DNA of 54,780 bases. It comes from a virus. This document shows positions 29,485 through 37,154 of this stretch, in pieces. The stretch spans positions 1 to 54,780 of the IMG/VR virus record IMGVR_UViG_3300017830_000022; one strand, given 5' to 3'. The first letter of the stretch is position 1. Every line of letters starts with the position of its first letter. Under the pieces are notes generated by a model, which was given only the letters and a program-made list of their open reading frames with translations, was not told the origin of the DNA and did no database searches. The translations under genes were made by a program, and so were the position numbers.

Positions 29485-30354
29485 ATGCTAACTCACGACA
29501 AAACCTATCTCAACCTCGTTCAAAAAGTTCTTACCCAAGGAACGTGGCACGATGACCGCACCGGTACGGGGACACGAGCGCTATTCATCGAGCAGATGAG
29601 ATTCGATTTACGGCAATGTTTCCCACTGCTTACCACGAAGAAAATCTTTTGGAAGGGAGTCGTGGCGGAGTTGCTTTGGATGATCAGCGGGTCGTGTAAT
29701 GTCAAGCCGTTGCAAGCACAAGGCGTACATATTTGGGATGAATGGGCGGATGAAAATGGGGAACTTGGTCCGGTGTATGGGGCGCAGTGGAGAAGATGGG
29801 TCGCCTGGGAAATGGATCAATATGGATACGCAGATGGAGAAGGTGAAATTGACCAACTCAAAAATCTGATTGAAGGGCTGAGAGAAAATCCCGACTCTCG
29901 CCGCCATATTATCACGGCATGGCAACCTTCGGTATTGCACAAGCAAAAACTCCCGCCCTGCCACTGCTTCATGCAGCTCAACACATGCGTAACCGATGAG
30001 CCCGCAGACCCACATCGCTACCTTGACCTTCACTGGTACATGCGCAGCGCTGATCTGTTTCTGGGCGTGCCGTTCAATATCGCAAGTTACGCGCTGCTCC
30101 TCACAATGGTCGCCCAAGAAGTGGATATGATCCCCCGCCACCTGGGCGTATCTTTTGGAAATGTCCACATCTACTCGAATCACTTCGCCCAGTGTGAGGA
30201 GCAGCTCGCGCGGAAGGGGCAAGGTGGGTCGAACAAGGCGGGACCGCAAGTGAAGCTTGCGGGGGACAAATCATTCTTCGATATGACGATCGACGATATC
30301 TATTTGCACAACTACTTCCCCGACCCGGCGGTCAAAGGGGAGGTGAGCGTCTGA
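29485..30354 (+). CDS. thyA: Thymidylate synthase (ThyA-type)
   Basis: 289 aa. Motifs DRTGTGT, IWDEWADENGELGPVYGAQWR, catalytic PPCH, RSADLFLGVPFNIASY, GNVHIYSNH. Confidence 0.9.
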   Translation: MLTHDKTYLNLVQKVLTQGTWHDDRTGTGTRALFIEQMRFDLRQCFPLLTTKKIFWKGVVAELLWMISGSCNVKPLQAQGVHIWDEWADENGELGPVYGAQWRRWVAWEMDQYGYADGEGEIDQLKNLIEGLRENPDSRRHIITAWQPSVLHKQKLPPCHCFMQLNTCVTDEPADPHRYLDLHWYMRSADLFLGVPFNIASYALLLTMVAQEVDMIPRHLGVSFGNVHIYSNHFAQCEEQLARKGQGGSNKAGPQVKLAGDKSFFDMTIDDIYLHNYFPDPAVKGEVSV

Positions 30355-30358
30355 TTGT

Positions 30359-30387
30359 TTGCCGTTCGCGGCGTCCTGATATATAGT
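30359..30387 (+). promoter_or_regulatory. Candidate sigma70-type promoter for the RHH gene
   Basis: TTGCCG (30359-30364), 17 bp, TATAGT (30382-30387). ATG at 30398, so the predicted leader is only ~3-4 nt. Confidence 0.45.
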
Positions 30388-30397
30388 ATTGAACACT

Positions 30398-30583
30398 ATG
30401 CCCAGGACTCCGTCCCACAATCCGCGCACAAGCGTGAGTTTTTCGATCCCCGTCTCTGTTCGCAGCGAACTTTGTCGCCTCGCGGATGAGGACGGGGAAC
30501 CCTACTCCAAACTGATCCGAGACGCCTTAATGGCTTATTTCAAGAAGCGTGGAGCGGCAGTCAAACCATCCGATTGGCGCTAG
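30398..30583 (+). CDS. Ribbon-helix-helix (CopG/Arc-like) DNA-binding protein
   Basis: 61 aa. TSVSFSIPVSVRSELCRLADEDGEPYSKLIRDALMAYF fits a strand plus two helices. 4-nt stop/stop overlap with the convergent gene. Confidence 0.55.
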   Translation: MPRTPSHNPRTSVSFSIPVSVRSELCRLADEDGEPYSKLIRDALMAYFKKRGAAVKPSDWR

Positions 30584-31155
30584 AGCCTCTTCGTCATGAG
30601 GTCGATCTCTTCGTATAAGTCCGAGAGTGCTCCGGCGTTCGTAATCGTGTAGTCCGCTTTGAATGAGTGCGATCGTTCAGACGCATGATCGTCACTCAAA
30701 TCGATATCTGGACGAGAGACGCGGATGATTTTTCCGCCAAGTTTGCGGATGGCTTTCTCTTCATTTTCGAAACGTAAATCGTCTACAACGATGCCCGTCG
30801 TAGTGTGGGGATTTGTGGATGTCCGGGCCTCCCGGCCCCACAGCGCGCGTATTTGATTTTCCCAGACGCGTACCCAAAAATCTGGATGGATCATGTCGCG
30901 GCCCCACTCGGTGCCCAGAGTTTGCATTGCTTTTCGTGGGGTGGTGCCGCATAACAGTTCGCTTGGTACTTGTTTCTGGTCGCTGTAAAGCTGTCGGTCG
31001 GTGAGACCCAGTGAGCGGAGCATTCCCTTTATCGGTCCGGCGAATGGTGCGACTCGCCAAAGTCGAAAATCAGGGCACGTCTCTGTGATTCGTTTGGCGC
31101 AGGTGGATTTTCCCGAGGAGATCGGGCCGAAGAATGCAAGGAGTTGAGTATTCAT
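30580..31155 (-). CDS. dNMP kinase-like P-loop kinase
   Basis: 191 aa. FFGPISSGKST P-loop. Overall pattern resembles phage deoxynucleotide monophosphate kinases (from memory). Confidence 0.6.
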   Translation of the reverse strand: MNTQLLAFFGPISSGKSTCAKRITETCPDFRLWRVAPFAGPIKGMLRSLGLTDRQLYSDQKQVPSELLCGTTPRKAMQTLGTEWGRDMIHPDFWVRVWENQIRALWGREARTSTNPHTTTGIVVDDLRFENEEKAIRKLGGKIIRVSRPDIDLSDDHASERSHSFKADYTITNAGALSDLYEEIDLMTKRL

Positions 31156-31158
31156 GGG

Positions 31159-31668
31159 TTAGCCGTACGGGCGAAAATTAGGTTGGTGGGCGTATTCATC
31201 GGACTCGTTGGGGCGCTGGAACTCGAAATCGAAGTCGTGTTCGCTTTTGTTTGATTTGATATTGTCGAATGCGATCTCTTCGACTTGCCGCACGCGCTCG
31301 CGTGTGCATTGGATGAACTCTCCGATCGACGCCAACGTCATGCCGGACGGGTTGGCTTCGATCAAGTCAAGCAAACAGCTCTTTTCCGCGGGCACTTCCC
31401 ACGGCTCAAGCGGCCCCCACGGGAAACGAATCGTGCCGTTCGTCGTGACGGTGAGATAGTTGTTCCAATAGCAGCTCACGTACGGGCAAGGACGGCAGCC
31501 ACCTCGGCATTCGCTGCGCTTTTCTGGGCGGCCTTCAACCTTTTCCGGATAGAGAAATCTCTGGACCACCTGCTCCTGGGCAGGTGCACGGCGGACACAT
31601 AAAGCTAATTTTGGGCTGCGGCGGATAGTAGACATGCGAGACTTTCTTGCGACAGCGGGTCCATGCAC
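31159..31668 (-). CDS. Sigma-70 region-4-type HTH protein with N-terminal Cys cluster
   Basis: 169 aa (alternative start 31635). CRGGCRPCPYVSC is followed by MTLASIGEFIQCTRERVRQVEEIAFDNIK, which resembles sigma region 4.2. Confidence 0.55.
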   Translation of the reverse strand: MHGPAVARKSRMSTIRRSPKLALCVRRAPAQEQVVQRFLYPEKVEGRPEKRSECRGGCRPCPYVSCYWNNYLTVTTNGTIRFPWGPLEPWEVPAEKSCLLDLIEANPSGMTLASIGEFIQCTRERVRQVEEIAFDNIKSNKSEHDFDFEFQRPNESDEYAHQPNFRPYG

Positions 31669-32093
31669 GCAACGATAGCTGCCACATTTTCCAATCCATT
31701 GGGCCGATTACCGTCTGCTGTGAAAACGGCAGGGCCCGACCGTGACTCTGCCCAGGCGATGGCATGGTCCGTTAGCTGAAGAGCGTAAAGATAATCTTCG
31801 AACACCGACATGACTCCGCCCACTTCGCATGTGTACAGCTGCGCGCGTCGATATCGGAACAGGGAGAAGCGGAACGGAAACGAAGCCTTTTTTACAGCAT
31901 CTGCGATACCCGGGGCGGCTGTGGAAGATGACTCAACCCAACCGACTCTCGTGTGATTGAACTCTAAAGAGTTCACTGCACTTTCGTAATAAGCCCGCTT
32001 GGACAAAAACCAATCTTTGTGGAGAAGACCTTCGGGATGCTCCATTGCTTTTATCCCACGCGAGAATAGCCGGCCGTCTAAGATCTGAATCAT
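31605..32093 (-). CDS. Hypothetical protein
   Basis: 162 aa. Its 3' end overlaps the next gene; no family recognised. Confidence 0.45.
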   Translation of the reverse strand: MIQILDGRLFSRGIKAMEHPEGLLHKDWFLSKRAYYESAVNSLEFNHTRVGWVESSSTAAPGIADAVKKASFPFRFSLFRYRRAQLYTCEVGGVMSVFEDYLYALQLTDHAIAWAESRSGPAVFTADGNRPNGLENVAAIVACMDPLSQESLACLLSAAAQN

Positions 32094-32344
32094 TTGACCA
32101 GCCTCCGATACTTTCTTCGGTCCGGAAGGAAGTAACCTACACTGAGGTCAAGGGCATCCGCCGTATAAAACAAGATGCCCAGAGATGTGGCAACTTCGTT
32201 CCGCTCGCGCTGTGCGATGATTTTGGGGTCGGATTCAAGCAGTTCCGCGAGCTCGCGGCGAGAGTAGCCGCGCATTTCTCGACCCATTTTCAGGCGACTC
32301 GCGATGTAGGGACGGCATTGGTATGGGATGGGGATAGCGGCCAT
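32090..32344 (-). CDS. XRE-type HTH protein (Aca-like position)
   Basis: 84 aa. YSRRELAELLESDPKIIAQRERNE is an HTH. Third gene behind a promoter-like gap. Confidence 0.6.
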   Translation of the reverse strand: MAAIPIPYQCRPYIASRLKMGREMRGYSRRELAELLESDPKIIAQRERNEVATSLGILFYTADALDLSVGYFLPDRRKYRRLVK

Positions 32345-32350
32345 GATGGA

Positions 32351-32623
32351 TTAGGCGGTACGACATTCGTCGCCGTGTTGGATGATCTTGATCGTTTCGA
32401 ATTGAGGATCGTATCGGAATTCTTCTTTCGCATCTTTCCACCCCTGATCGTAGCCAGCGCTGTGTACATGATGAAGTTGTTCGAAATGAGGATCGCTATC
32501 CTCAATCCATTGCTCAACATGCCGAAGGATGAGTTCCGTAGCGAGCAGAGCATCGGGCTCGGAAAGAAGAGCCACGCGTAATTCGACGGCTCGTTTTCGG
32601 TGAAGGGAATCAAAATCGTGCAT
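32351..32623 (-). CDS. Small acidic hypothetical protein
   Basis: 90 aa, roughly one fifth Asp/Glu by eye. Confidence 0.5.
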   Translation of the reverse strand: MHDFDSLHRKRAVELRVALLSEPDALLATELILRHVEQWIEDSDPHFEQLHHVHSAGYDQGWKDAKEEFRYDPQFETIKIIQHGDECRTA

Positions 32624-32626
32624 GGG

Positions 32627-32911
32627 TCATGATGGGGTGAGGGGCAGTGCAGCGATGACATCGGCGACGACCTGGCCGTCTTCCTGCCCGCCGGAGGTGT
32701 GCCATGCCTGGTTAAGGGGCATCGCCCGATCGATGGTGGGGCGGTTGGCCGCGAGCCGCTCGGCGTCTTCACGCGAATACACGCCAGCTTGCACTAGATT
32801 GTTTGTGTACCCGGACGCTTTGGCGCGCCACCAAAGGGGGCAAGCGCCACTGCTATTGTTGTAGATCACGAAGAGATCTTCGCGGAAAAGATCAGGCCTA
32901 ATACGGGACAT
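32627..32911 (-). CDS. Hypothetical protein
   Basis: 94 aa. First ORF after the 187-bp gap 32912-33098. Confidence 0.5.
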   Translation of the reverse strand: MSRIRPDLFREDLFVIYNNSSGACPLWWRAKASGYTNNLVQAGVYSREDAERLAANRPTIDRAMPLNQAWHTSGGQEDGQVVADVIAALPLTPS

Positions 32912-32942
32912 TTCAGCTCAAGTGAAAAAGGTGGCTCCTTTT

Positions 32943-32971
32943 GGGTTAGCATGACGCGGTCATCGTGCCAA
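32943..32971 (-). promoter_or_regulatory. Weak candidate promoter with palindrome in the spacer
   Basis: Minus strand: TTGGCA (32971-32966), 17 bp, TAACCC (32948-32943). ATGAC-GCG-GTCAT palindrome at 32951-32963. Confidence 0.25.
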
Positions 32972-33066
32972 GAGTTTTATGATTTTTGTTGCCATCGGCA
33001 GCAACGAGCGTTATGGAAGGTTCGAGGGTGAGGGGCCGCCCTCGAACTGAGTCGGAGCGAGCAGTC

Positions 33067-33100
33067 CGCCCGGCCCTCTGCATGGGGGCCGGGCGTTTTT
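33067..33100 (+). terminator. Hairpin plus T5, intrinsic-terminator geometry on the + strand
   Basis: CGCCCGGCCC (33067-33076) pairs with GGGCCGGGCG (33086-33095), 9-nt loop, TTTTT 33096-33100. Lies directly after the stop of the minus-strand gene 33099..33392. Confidence 0.5.
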
Positions 33101-33392
33101 ACGCCGCTCGCTCAAGGTCAAGCTTATCGGCGATCCGTGATCGAATGTGGCAATTTGTCCCACGTTCGATCATTTTTCGCACATGGGCCCCGTCCCCGGC
33201 TTCGGCCGCGTGCTTCAGATCGGCAATCCGGTCCACTGCGACTTGGGTGCGTTGCTTCATCCGCAGCCACGTCGTACGCAGAATTGGGTTGCTTGGGCGG
33301 GTCGCAGCGAGTACTTCCAGCTCCTCTTCTGCCTCGGTAAGACTTTCGGTGAGCGCGATAATGACCTGTTCGTCGTGAATAGATTGCGTCAA
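33099..33392 (-). CDS. Hypothetical protein
   Basis: TTG 33392 chosen (TTGA overlap with the upstream stop). 97 aa, helical. The longer ORF to 33500 overlaps the neighbour by 112 nt. Confidence 0.35.
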   Translation of the reverse strand: MTQSIHDEQVIIALTESLTEAEEELEVLAATRPSNPILRTTWLRMKQRTQVAVDRIADLKHAAEAGDGAHVRKMIERGTNCHIRSRIADKLDLERAA

Positions 33393-33586
33393 TTCGATAC
33401 TTTCTTCGTAGTTGGTGGAGCAAATACGCACATCTCTGCACGGGCCTGGCGGATGGCGGCGGTCAAAGCGGCGCGCGCAGACACACCCGCGCCCACCCAC
33501 TGGCGCCCACGACCGTCGAAGACCGCAGCCCAGTGACGGCCGCGGGCGGTGCCGGTGATGTATTCGATGAGGTCACTACTCCACAT
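33389..33586 (-). CDS. Hypothetical protein
   Basis: 65 aa from ATG 33586 (MWSSDLIEY...). Start is uncertain. Confidence 0.35.
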   Translation of the reverse strand: MWSSDLIEYITGTARGRHWAAVFDGRGRQWVGAGVSARAALTAAIRQARAEMCVFAPPTTKKVSN

Positions 33587-33743
33587 ACCACCGACCATTG
33601 CGCAGTTGCTCAAATGTGAGATTTGGATGCCCCGCCGCGCCGCGAAACTTTTGTGGATGTTTCGTTGTTACGCCCGCCCACATCCCGTGCCCGCCCAGTG
33701 AGAGCCAGATTTTGATGTTGGGTGGCAGGGGCTCGTCGATCAT
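33576..33743 (-). CDS. Hypothetical protein
   Basis: 55 aa from ATG 33743 (ATGA overlap with the upstream gene). Confidence 0.35.
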   Translation of the reverse strand: MIDEPLPPNIKIWLSLGGHGMWAGVTTKHPQKFRGAAGHPNLTFEQLRNGRWYVE

Positions 33744-34096
33744 CGGGACAAGACTTCTTCGATATTTTCGACGGCCCAGCAAGTAGGGAGATTCCAGCGC
33801 TGAAGCCAGCTTGCGATCAAATAATCGAGCTCGGCTTCGGCTTCCCCGGACGGGTCCATGTTTCCGTCGACGGCCTCGCCTACCTTCTCCCAGAGTCGGT
33901 CTCTCATCCATTCAGCGAGAAGTTTCGCCGAGCCGCTTGCGAGCCATGGCTGGTCGATGTGTTTTTGCTGTCCGATCCAGAATTGACAGCATTCATCATA
34001 TTCGTTTCTGCCCGCTTCAATGGCAAGTTCTTTTGTTGTGTGGGGTCCGTTGCTTCCGGACCAACGTTCTTCATTATCAGAATAGTACCAGCTCAT
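33740..34096 (-). CDS. Hypothetical protein
   Basis: 118 aa. 3-nt gap after the upstream stop. Confidence 0.5.
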   Translation of the reverse strand: MSWYYSDNEERWSGSNGPHTTKELAIEAGRNEYDECCQFWIGQQKHIDQPWLASGSAKLLAEWMRDRLWEKVGEAVDGNMDPSGEAEAELDYLIASWLQRWNLPTCWAVENIEEVLSR

Positions 34097-34099
34097 GGC

Positions 34100-34918
34100 T
34101 TACTCACTATTCACTTCGCGCAGGAGTTCAAGATACCTCGCCGCGTCGGGGCTGATCGCGTAGGCACGTTTAATGGACGGGGGCGAAATGTAGTAGCGCA
34201 TTTCGCCGGTGAGATTCGCGTTGCAGAGAAGGGCCCAAGCCGCGTCTCCAGTGTCAATGCAATCACGGCCCCGATAAATTGACCAATCGCCATCACTAGA
34301 CACGATTAGTGTGATGTTGGAATCTGCGCAGACCCAAACTGTGGAGTGGTCAAGTGCACCTTCAAGGTCTTCGGAGAACTGTCGGGCGAATTCGATAACT
34401 TCTTCTCCTGGCTGGAGGTTTCGTTTGGTGAATAATCGTTCGATGTATTCGGCACGAAGTTTCTTACCCAGAATGTCGAGTTGGTGGTCGATGTCCGTAG
34501 GGGCGGGGATGATCTCGTCTTCTTTGGAGACGACTGCCCATTTCACTGTCTCTCCGCGGACTTGCTTGGATTGCGTTTCTACTTGTGCGACGGGCTCGTT
34601 TTTCGCAATGGGGCTGGCGGCCGCCTTGCTTGCTGGGCCGACATGCTGTTCTTCATGCGGCGATACGTCGATCGTCCATTCGACGCTATACGAGACATCG
34701 AACGCGAGGATGCCGACGATAGGCTGAGAGGGGCAAGATACGTGGACCGTGATCTTTTCGGCATCGCCGTCGACGAGACCTTTGATCTCTTGCAGTGCGA
34801 AAGACGATGCAGCTTTCGCTGCATCGGCGGCTCGCAATGTTCGCATGACTTCGACGACGCCGCTCGGGTCGAGGATCCATGCGATGTATTCAAATTCGGA
34901 TTGGGTTGGCTTGTTCAT
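34100..34918 (-). CDS. Hypothetical protein with DGxW motif shared with the 540-aa protein
   Basis: 272 aa. LIVSSDGDWSI resembles LIVQSDGSWAT and IIHVTDDGSWAI of 40001..41623. Confidence 0.55.
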   Translation of the reverse strand: MNKPTQSEFEYIAWILDPSGVVEVMRTLRAADAAKAASSFALQEIKGLVDGDAEKITVHVSCPSQPIVGILAFDVSYSVEWTIDVSPHEEQHVGPASKAAASPIAKNEPVAQVETQSKQVRGETVKWAVVSKEDEIIPAPTDIDHQLDILGKKLRAEYIERLFTKRNLQPGEEVIEFARQFSEDLEGALDHSTVWVCADSNITLIVSSDGDWSIYRGRDCIDTGDAAWALLCNANLTGEMRYYISPPSIKRAYAISPDAARYLELLREVNSE

Positions 34919-35244
34919 TTTTCAATATGATTCTCTATTTGAGCCAGAGCTCGTGCAGCCGCCTGCTGCTGGAGCAAAGATTCATGGCTTACAGAATCTT
35001 CTAGAAGACCAAGATAAGATGCGGCTGAAATGCGGTCTCGGAGGGGCGCGGATGTAATGGGTGTTTCTATTTGCTCATATTCCGTGGGCTCTGTGATCAA
35101 AAACAAGCCCCATTTATTGTTGTGTTTTTGATATCGTAAAAATTTTGAGGGGGTTATGTTTATTTGCGCAGGCGCGCAATATTTTTTCTCCCAACATTGT
35201 GCGAGTTTTTCGAATGCTTCATTTATTTGATCATAAATACTCAT
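34915..35244 (-). CDS. Hypothetical protein
   Basis: 109 aa. ATGA overlap downstream. Confidence 0.5.
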   Translation of the reverse strand: MSIYDQINEAFEKLAQCWEKKYCAPAQINITPSKFLRYQKHNNKWGLFLITEPTEYEQIETPITSAPLRDRISAASYLGLLEDSVSHESLLQQQAAARALAQIENHIEK

Positions 35245-35246
35245 GG

Positions 35247-35864
35247 CTACTCGATATCAAAGTACGTGAAGGTCACACACGCTTCGGTGGCGTAGAGATT
35301 GGTAAAACTCATTGTCCACAAACCGTACGCCGTGCCGCCGTAGAACATTTCGAATGAAGGGATATTGTCGAGCGTATATGTTCGAAAAGGAACAACGTCG
35401 TGTGTCTCTCGCATCGAAATGAAATACTCTTCGTCTCGACCAAACATAAAGTACGGGGCCGCATCTCCTGGGCGCATGTGCGTCCATTTGACATCGACGC
35501 GAATCGACTTCACCTGGGCGTTTTGCGTTTCGACGGGCCACCCGAAGCTGGATTGCGGATTATCGGGGTCGACTTCGTAATCTAGGGTTTTCTCGTCCGA
35601 GCAGTACGTTTCCGTGAATTCGGTAGGCTCGGGCAAGTCGTCCTCAGAAATAGATTCGGACGCGTCGGACTCGTGGACGGACGGGCCCGACTGGGTAGTG
35701 TCGGTGGTGCCCGTAGTGTCCGTGGTGTCGCCGAGTTCGTGTTCGCTCAGCGACTGCAAATCGGGCTTGCCCTCGGTGTAGCAGCCCGAGGGAAACATAG
35801 CGAATTGGATGAGACAGACCACGGTGAGCGATCGGCAAAATATTTTGTGGTTTCGGTCGTTCAT
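35247..35864 (-). CDS. Exported (possibly lipo-)protein with C-terminal beta-sandwich-like domain
   Basis: 205 aa. Hydrophobic N-terminus ending FPSGC, Thr/Asp-rich linker. C-terminal VDVKWTHMRPGD...GLWTMSF is reminiscent of a convertase P-domain (weak). Confidence 0.45.
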   Translation of the reverse strand: MNDRNHKIFCRSLTVVCLIQFAMFPSGCYTEGKPDLQSLSEHELGDTTDTTGTTDTTQSGPSVHESDASESISEDDLPEPTEFTETYCSDEKTLDYEVDPDNPQSSFGWPVETQNAQVKSIRVDVKWTHMRPGDAAPYFMFGRDEEYFISMRETHDVVPFRTYTLDNIPSFEMFYGGTAYGLWTMSFTNLYATEACVTFTYFDIE

Positions 35865-35921
35865 GATTCATCCGGTCCTGGGCACCTCTTTGCAGGAAAA
35901 TGCCAATTGTAGCTGCCGCAT

Positions 35922-36317
35922 TCAAAATGGTCTCGTGTATGGCCTTCGGTGCGTCGTCTGTGTACGCCTGCATGGCTTATTTCCAGATCCGCGGGCGGGA
36001 AGATCGACGGGTGGAATAGTGGTGGGTCGGTAAACGCGACGGTCGTTGCGATCTCGGACGAGCTCCCCTTGGGCGATCAGTACATCGAGCGCGAACTTGC
36101 GCGCACGCATCGTGCCGAGGCAATGAGCGTATCCAGGACCGGCCCAGGTGGCCGTGCCTCGGTCGGCGACTTCGCCTCGGATGGCTTTGGCCTGCTCACG
36201 TACGAGACCCGTGAGGTAGGCGGAGGCTTTGACCTCGGCGACCGTGTAGGTGTCCATGTCTGCGTCGGTGACGAGTTCGGCAGGCGGGGCGGGGGTGGCG
36301 TAGTTCGTTGCGACCAT
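35922..36317 (-). CDS. Hypothetical protein, leaderless start predicted
   Basis: ATG 36317 (MVATNYATPAPP...) chosen because module copy A places a -10 box exactly 6 nt upstream. 131 aa. Confidence 0.5.
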   Translation of the reverse strand: MVATNYATPAPPAELVTDADMDTYTVAEVKASAYLTGLVREQAKAIRGEVADRGTATWAGPGYAHCLGTMRARKFALDVLIAQGELVRDRNDRRVYRPTTIPPVDLPARGSGNKPCRRTQTTHRRPYTRPF

Positions 36318-36374
36318 GGATTTAATATAGCCGTATGATGCGGCCATGGCAAGTGAGTGGAGATATTTTTTTTT
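36318..36374 (-). promoter_or_regulatory. Promoter module copy A (stem degenerated)
   Basis: Minus strand: A9 tract (36374-36366), TTGCCA (36352-36347), 17 bp, TATATT (36329-36324), 6 nt, ATG 36317. Confidence 0.55.
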
Positions 36375-36399
36375 GCGAATAAGGGGCGGATGGCGCCCA

Positions 36400-36753
36400 T
36401 TAGTCGATACTGTCTCGATCAATCTCGTAACATTCCGCAGCGCGGAATGCGTCGAGGGCTCGCTGCGAAACGATGCGGTACGTGGTGTGGGCGCGCCCAA
36501 ATACATCAGCATCCGCGTACCGTACGATATCGCCCATCAGAGAATCGACGCCGCGATCTCCTGGCGCCTCGTCGGCGTCCCAGTCATAGTTGTCGGCATC
36601 CACGATTTCCAGGTTGCCGAGGGCCACCTCGGCAACCTGGACCTCGCCGGACTGATCAGCGTACGCATCCGCGCTTTTCACCTCGGGCGTCCAGCACTGC
36701 CCGAGGTGGAGGGCGAATCGAGTGTGAGCACCGTGGTAGAGCGTCGTGGTCAT
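36400..36753 (-). CDS. Small strongly acidic protein
   Basis: 117 aa with ~23 Asp/Glu (counted by eye). Leaderless start predicted from module copy B. Confidence 0.6.
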   Translation of the reverse strand: MTTTLYHGAHTRFALHLGQCWTPEVKSADAYADQSGEVQVAEVALGNLEIVDADNYDWDADEAPGDRGVDSLMGDIVRYADADVFGRAHTTYRIVSQRALDAFRAAECYEIDRDSID

Positions 36754-36811
36754 AAGTAGAGGATAGCCGTGTCATACGGGCGGCGCAAGTATGACACGGC
36801 TATTTTTTTTT
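36754..36811 (-). promoter_or_regulatory. Promoter/hairpin module copy B
   Basis: Minus strand: A9 (36811-36803). 13-bp stem TAGCCGTGTCATA/TATGACACGGCTA (36764-36776 with 36790-36802). TTGCGC (36788-36783) in the loop, 17 bp, TATCCT (36765-36760), 6 nt, ATG 36753. On the + strand it reads as hairpin plus T9. Confidence 0.6.
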
Positions 36812-36823
36812 GCAGAGGTGCGG

Positions 36824-37093
36824 CTATGCCGCTTTTTGCTTTTTCCAGAAGGTGTGCACGGCCTGGGCGATGACGGGCTCGTTCCCGCCCGCGTAGATGA
36901 GCTCGCTCATTCCGCTGCACCAATTCACGGCTGATTTGGTGCAGATCAGCTCCGTGGGCACGCCTCGGACGCGGATGTCGGCCTGGAGCGAAACCGTCTT
37001 GCCGTCATCCCATTCGCTCCACACAGCAGCGGAGAGGACTTCGACCTCATCGGAGGTGATCGGGGTGATCGGGGAAATTTTGGAATTTGTCAT
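36824..37093 (-). CDS. Hypothetical protein
   Basis: 89 aa. Preceded by a 52-nt leader holding a partial module copy and a mini-ORF. Confidence 0.5.
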   Translation of the reverse strand: MTNSKISPITPITSDEVEVLSAAVWSEWDDGKTVSLQADIRVRGVPTELICTKSAVNWCSGMSELIYAGGNEPVIAQAVHTFWKKQKAA

Positions 37094-37154
37094 GATTGGC
37101 CCTTTGGGCGGGGTTTATGGGGGGTTTAGTGTTTGTTTCGGTCATGATTAGAGG

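Noticed and set aside
35644-35973. ORF 35644..35973 (-), 109 aa, Arg/His-rich.
   Set aside because: It overlaps the exported-protein gene 35247..35864 out of frame and has an implausible composition.
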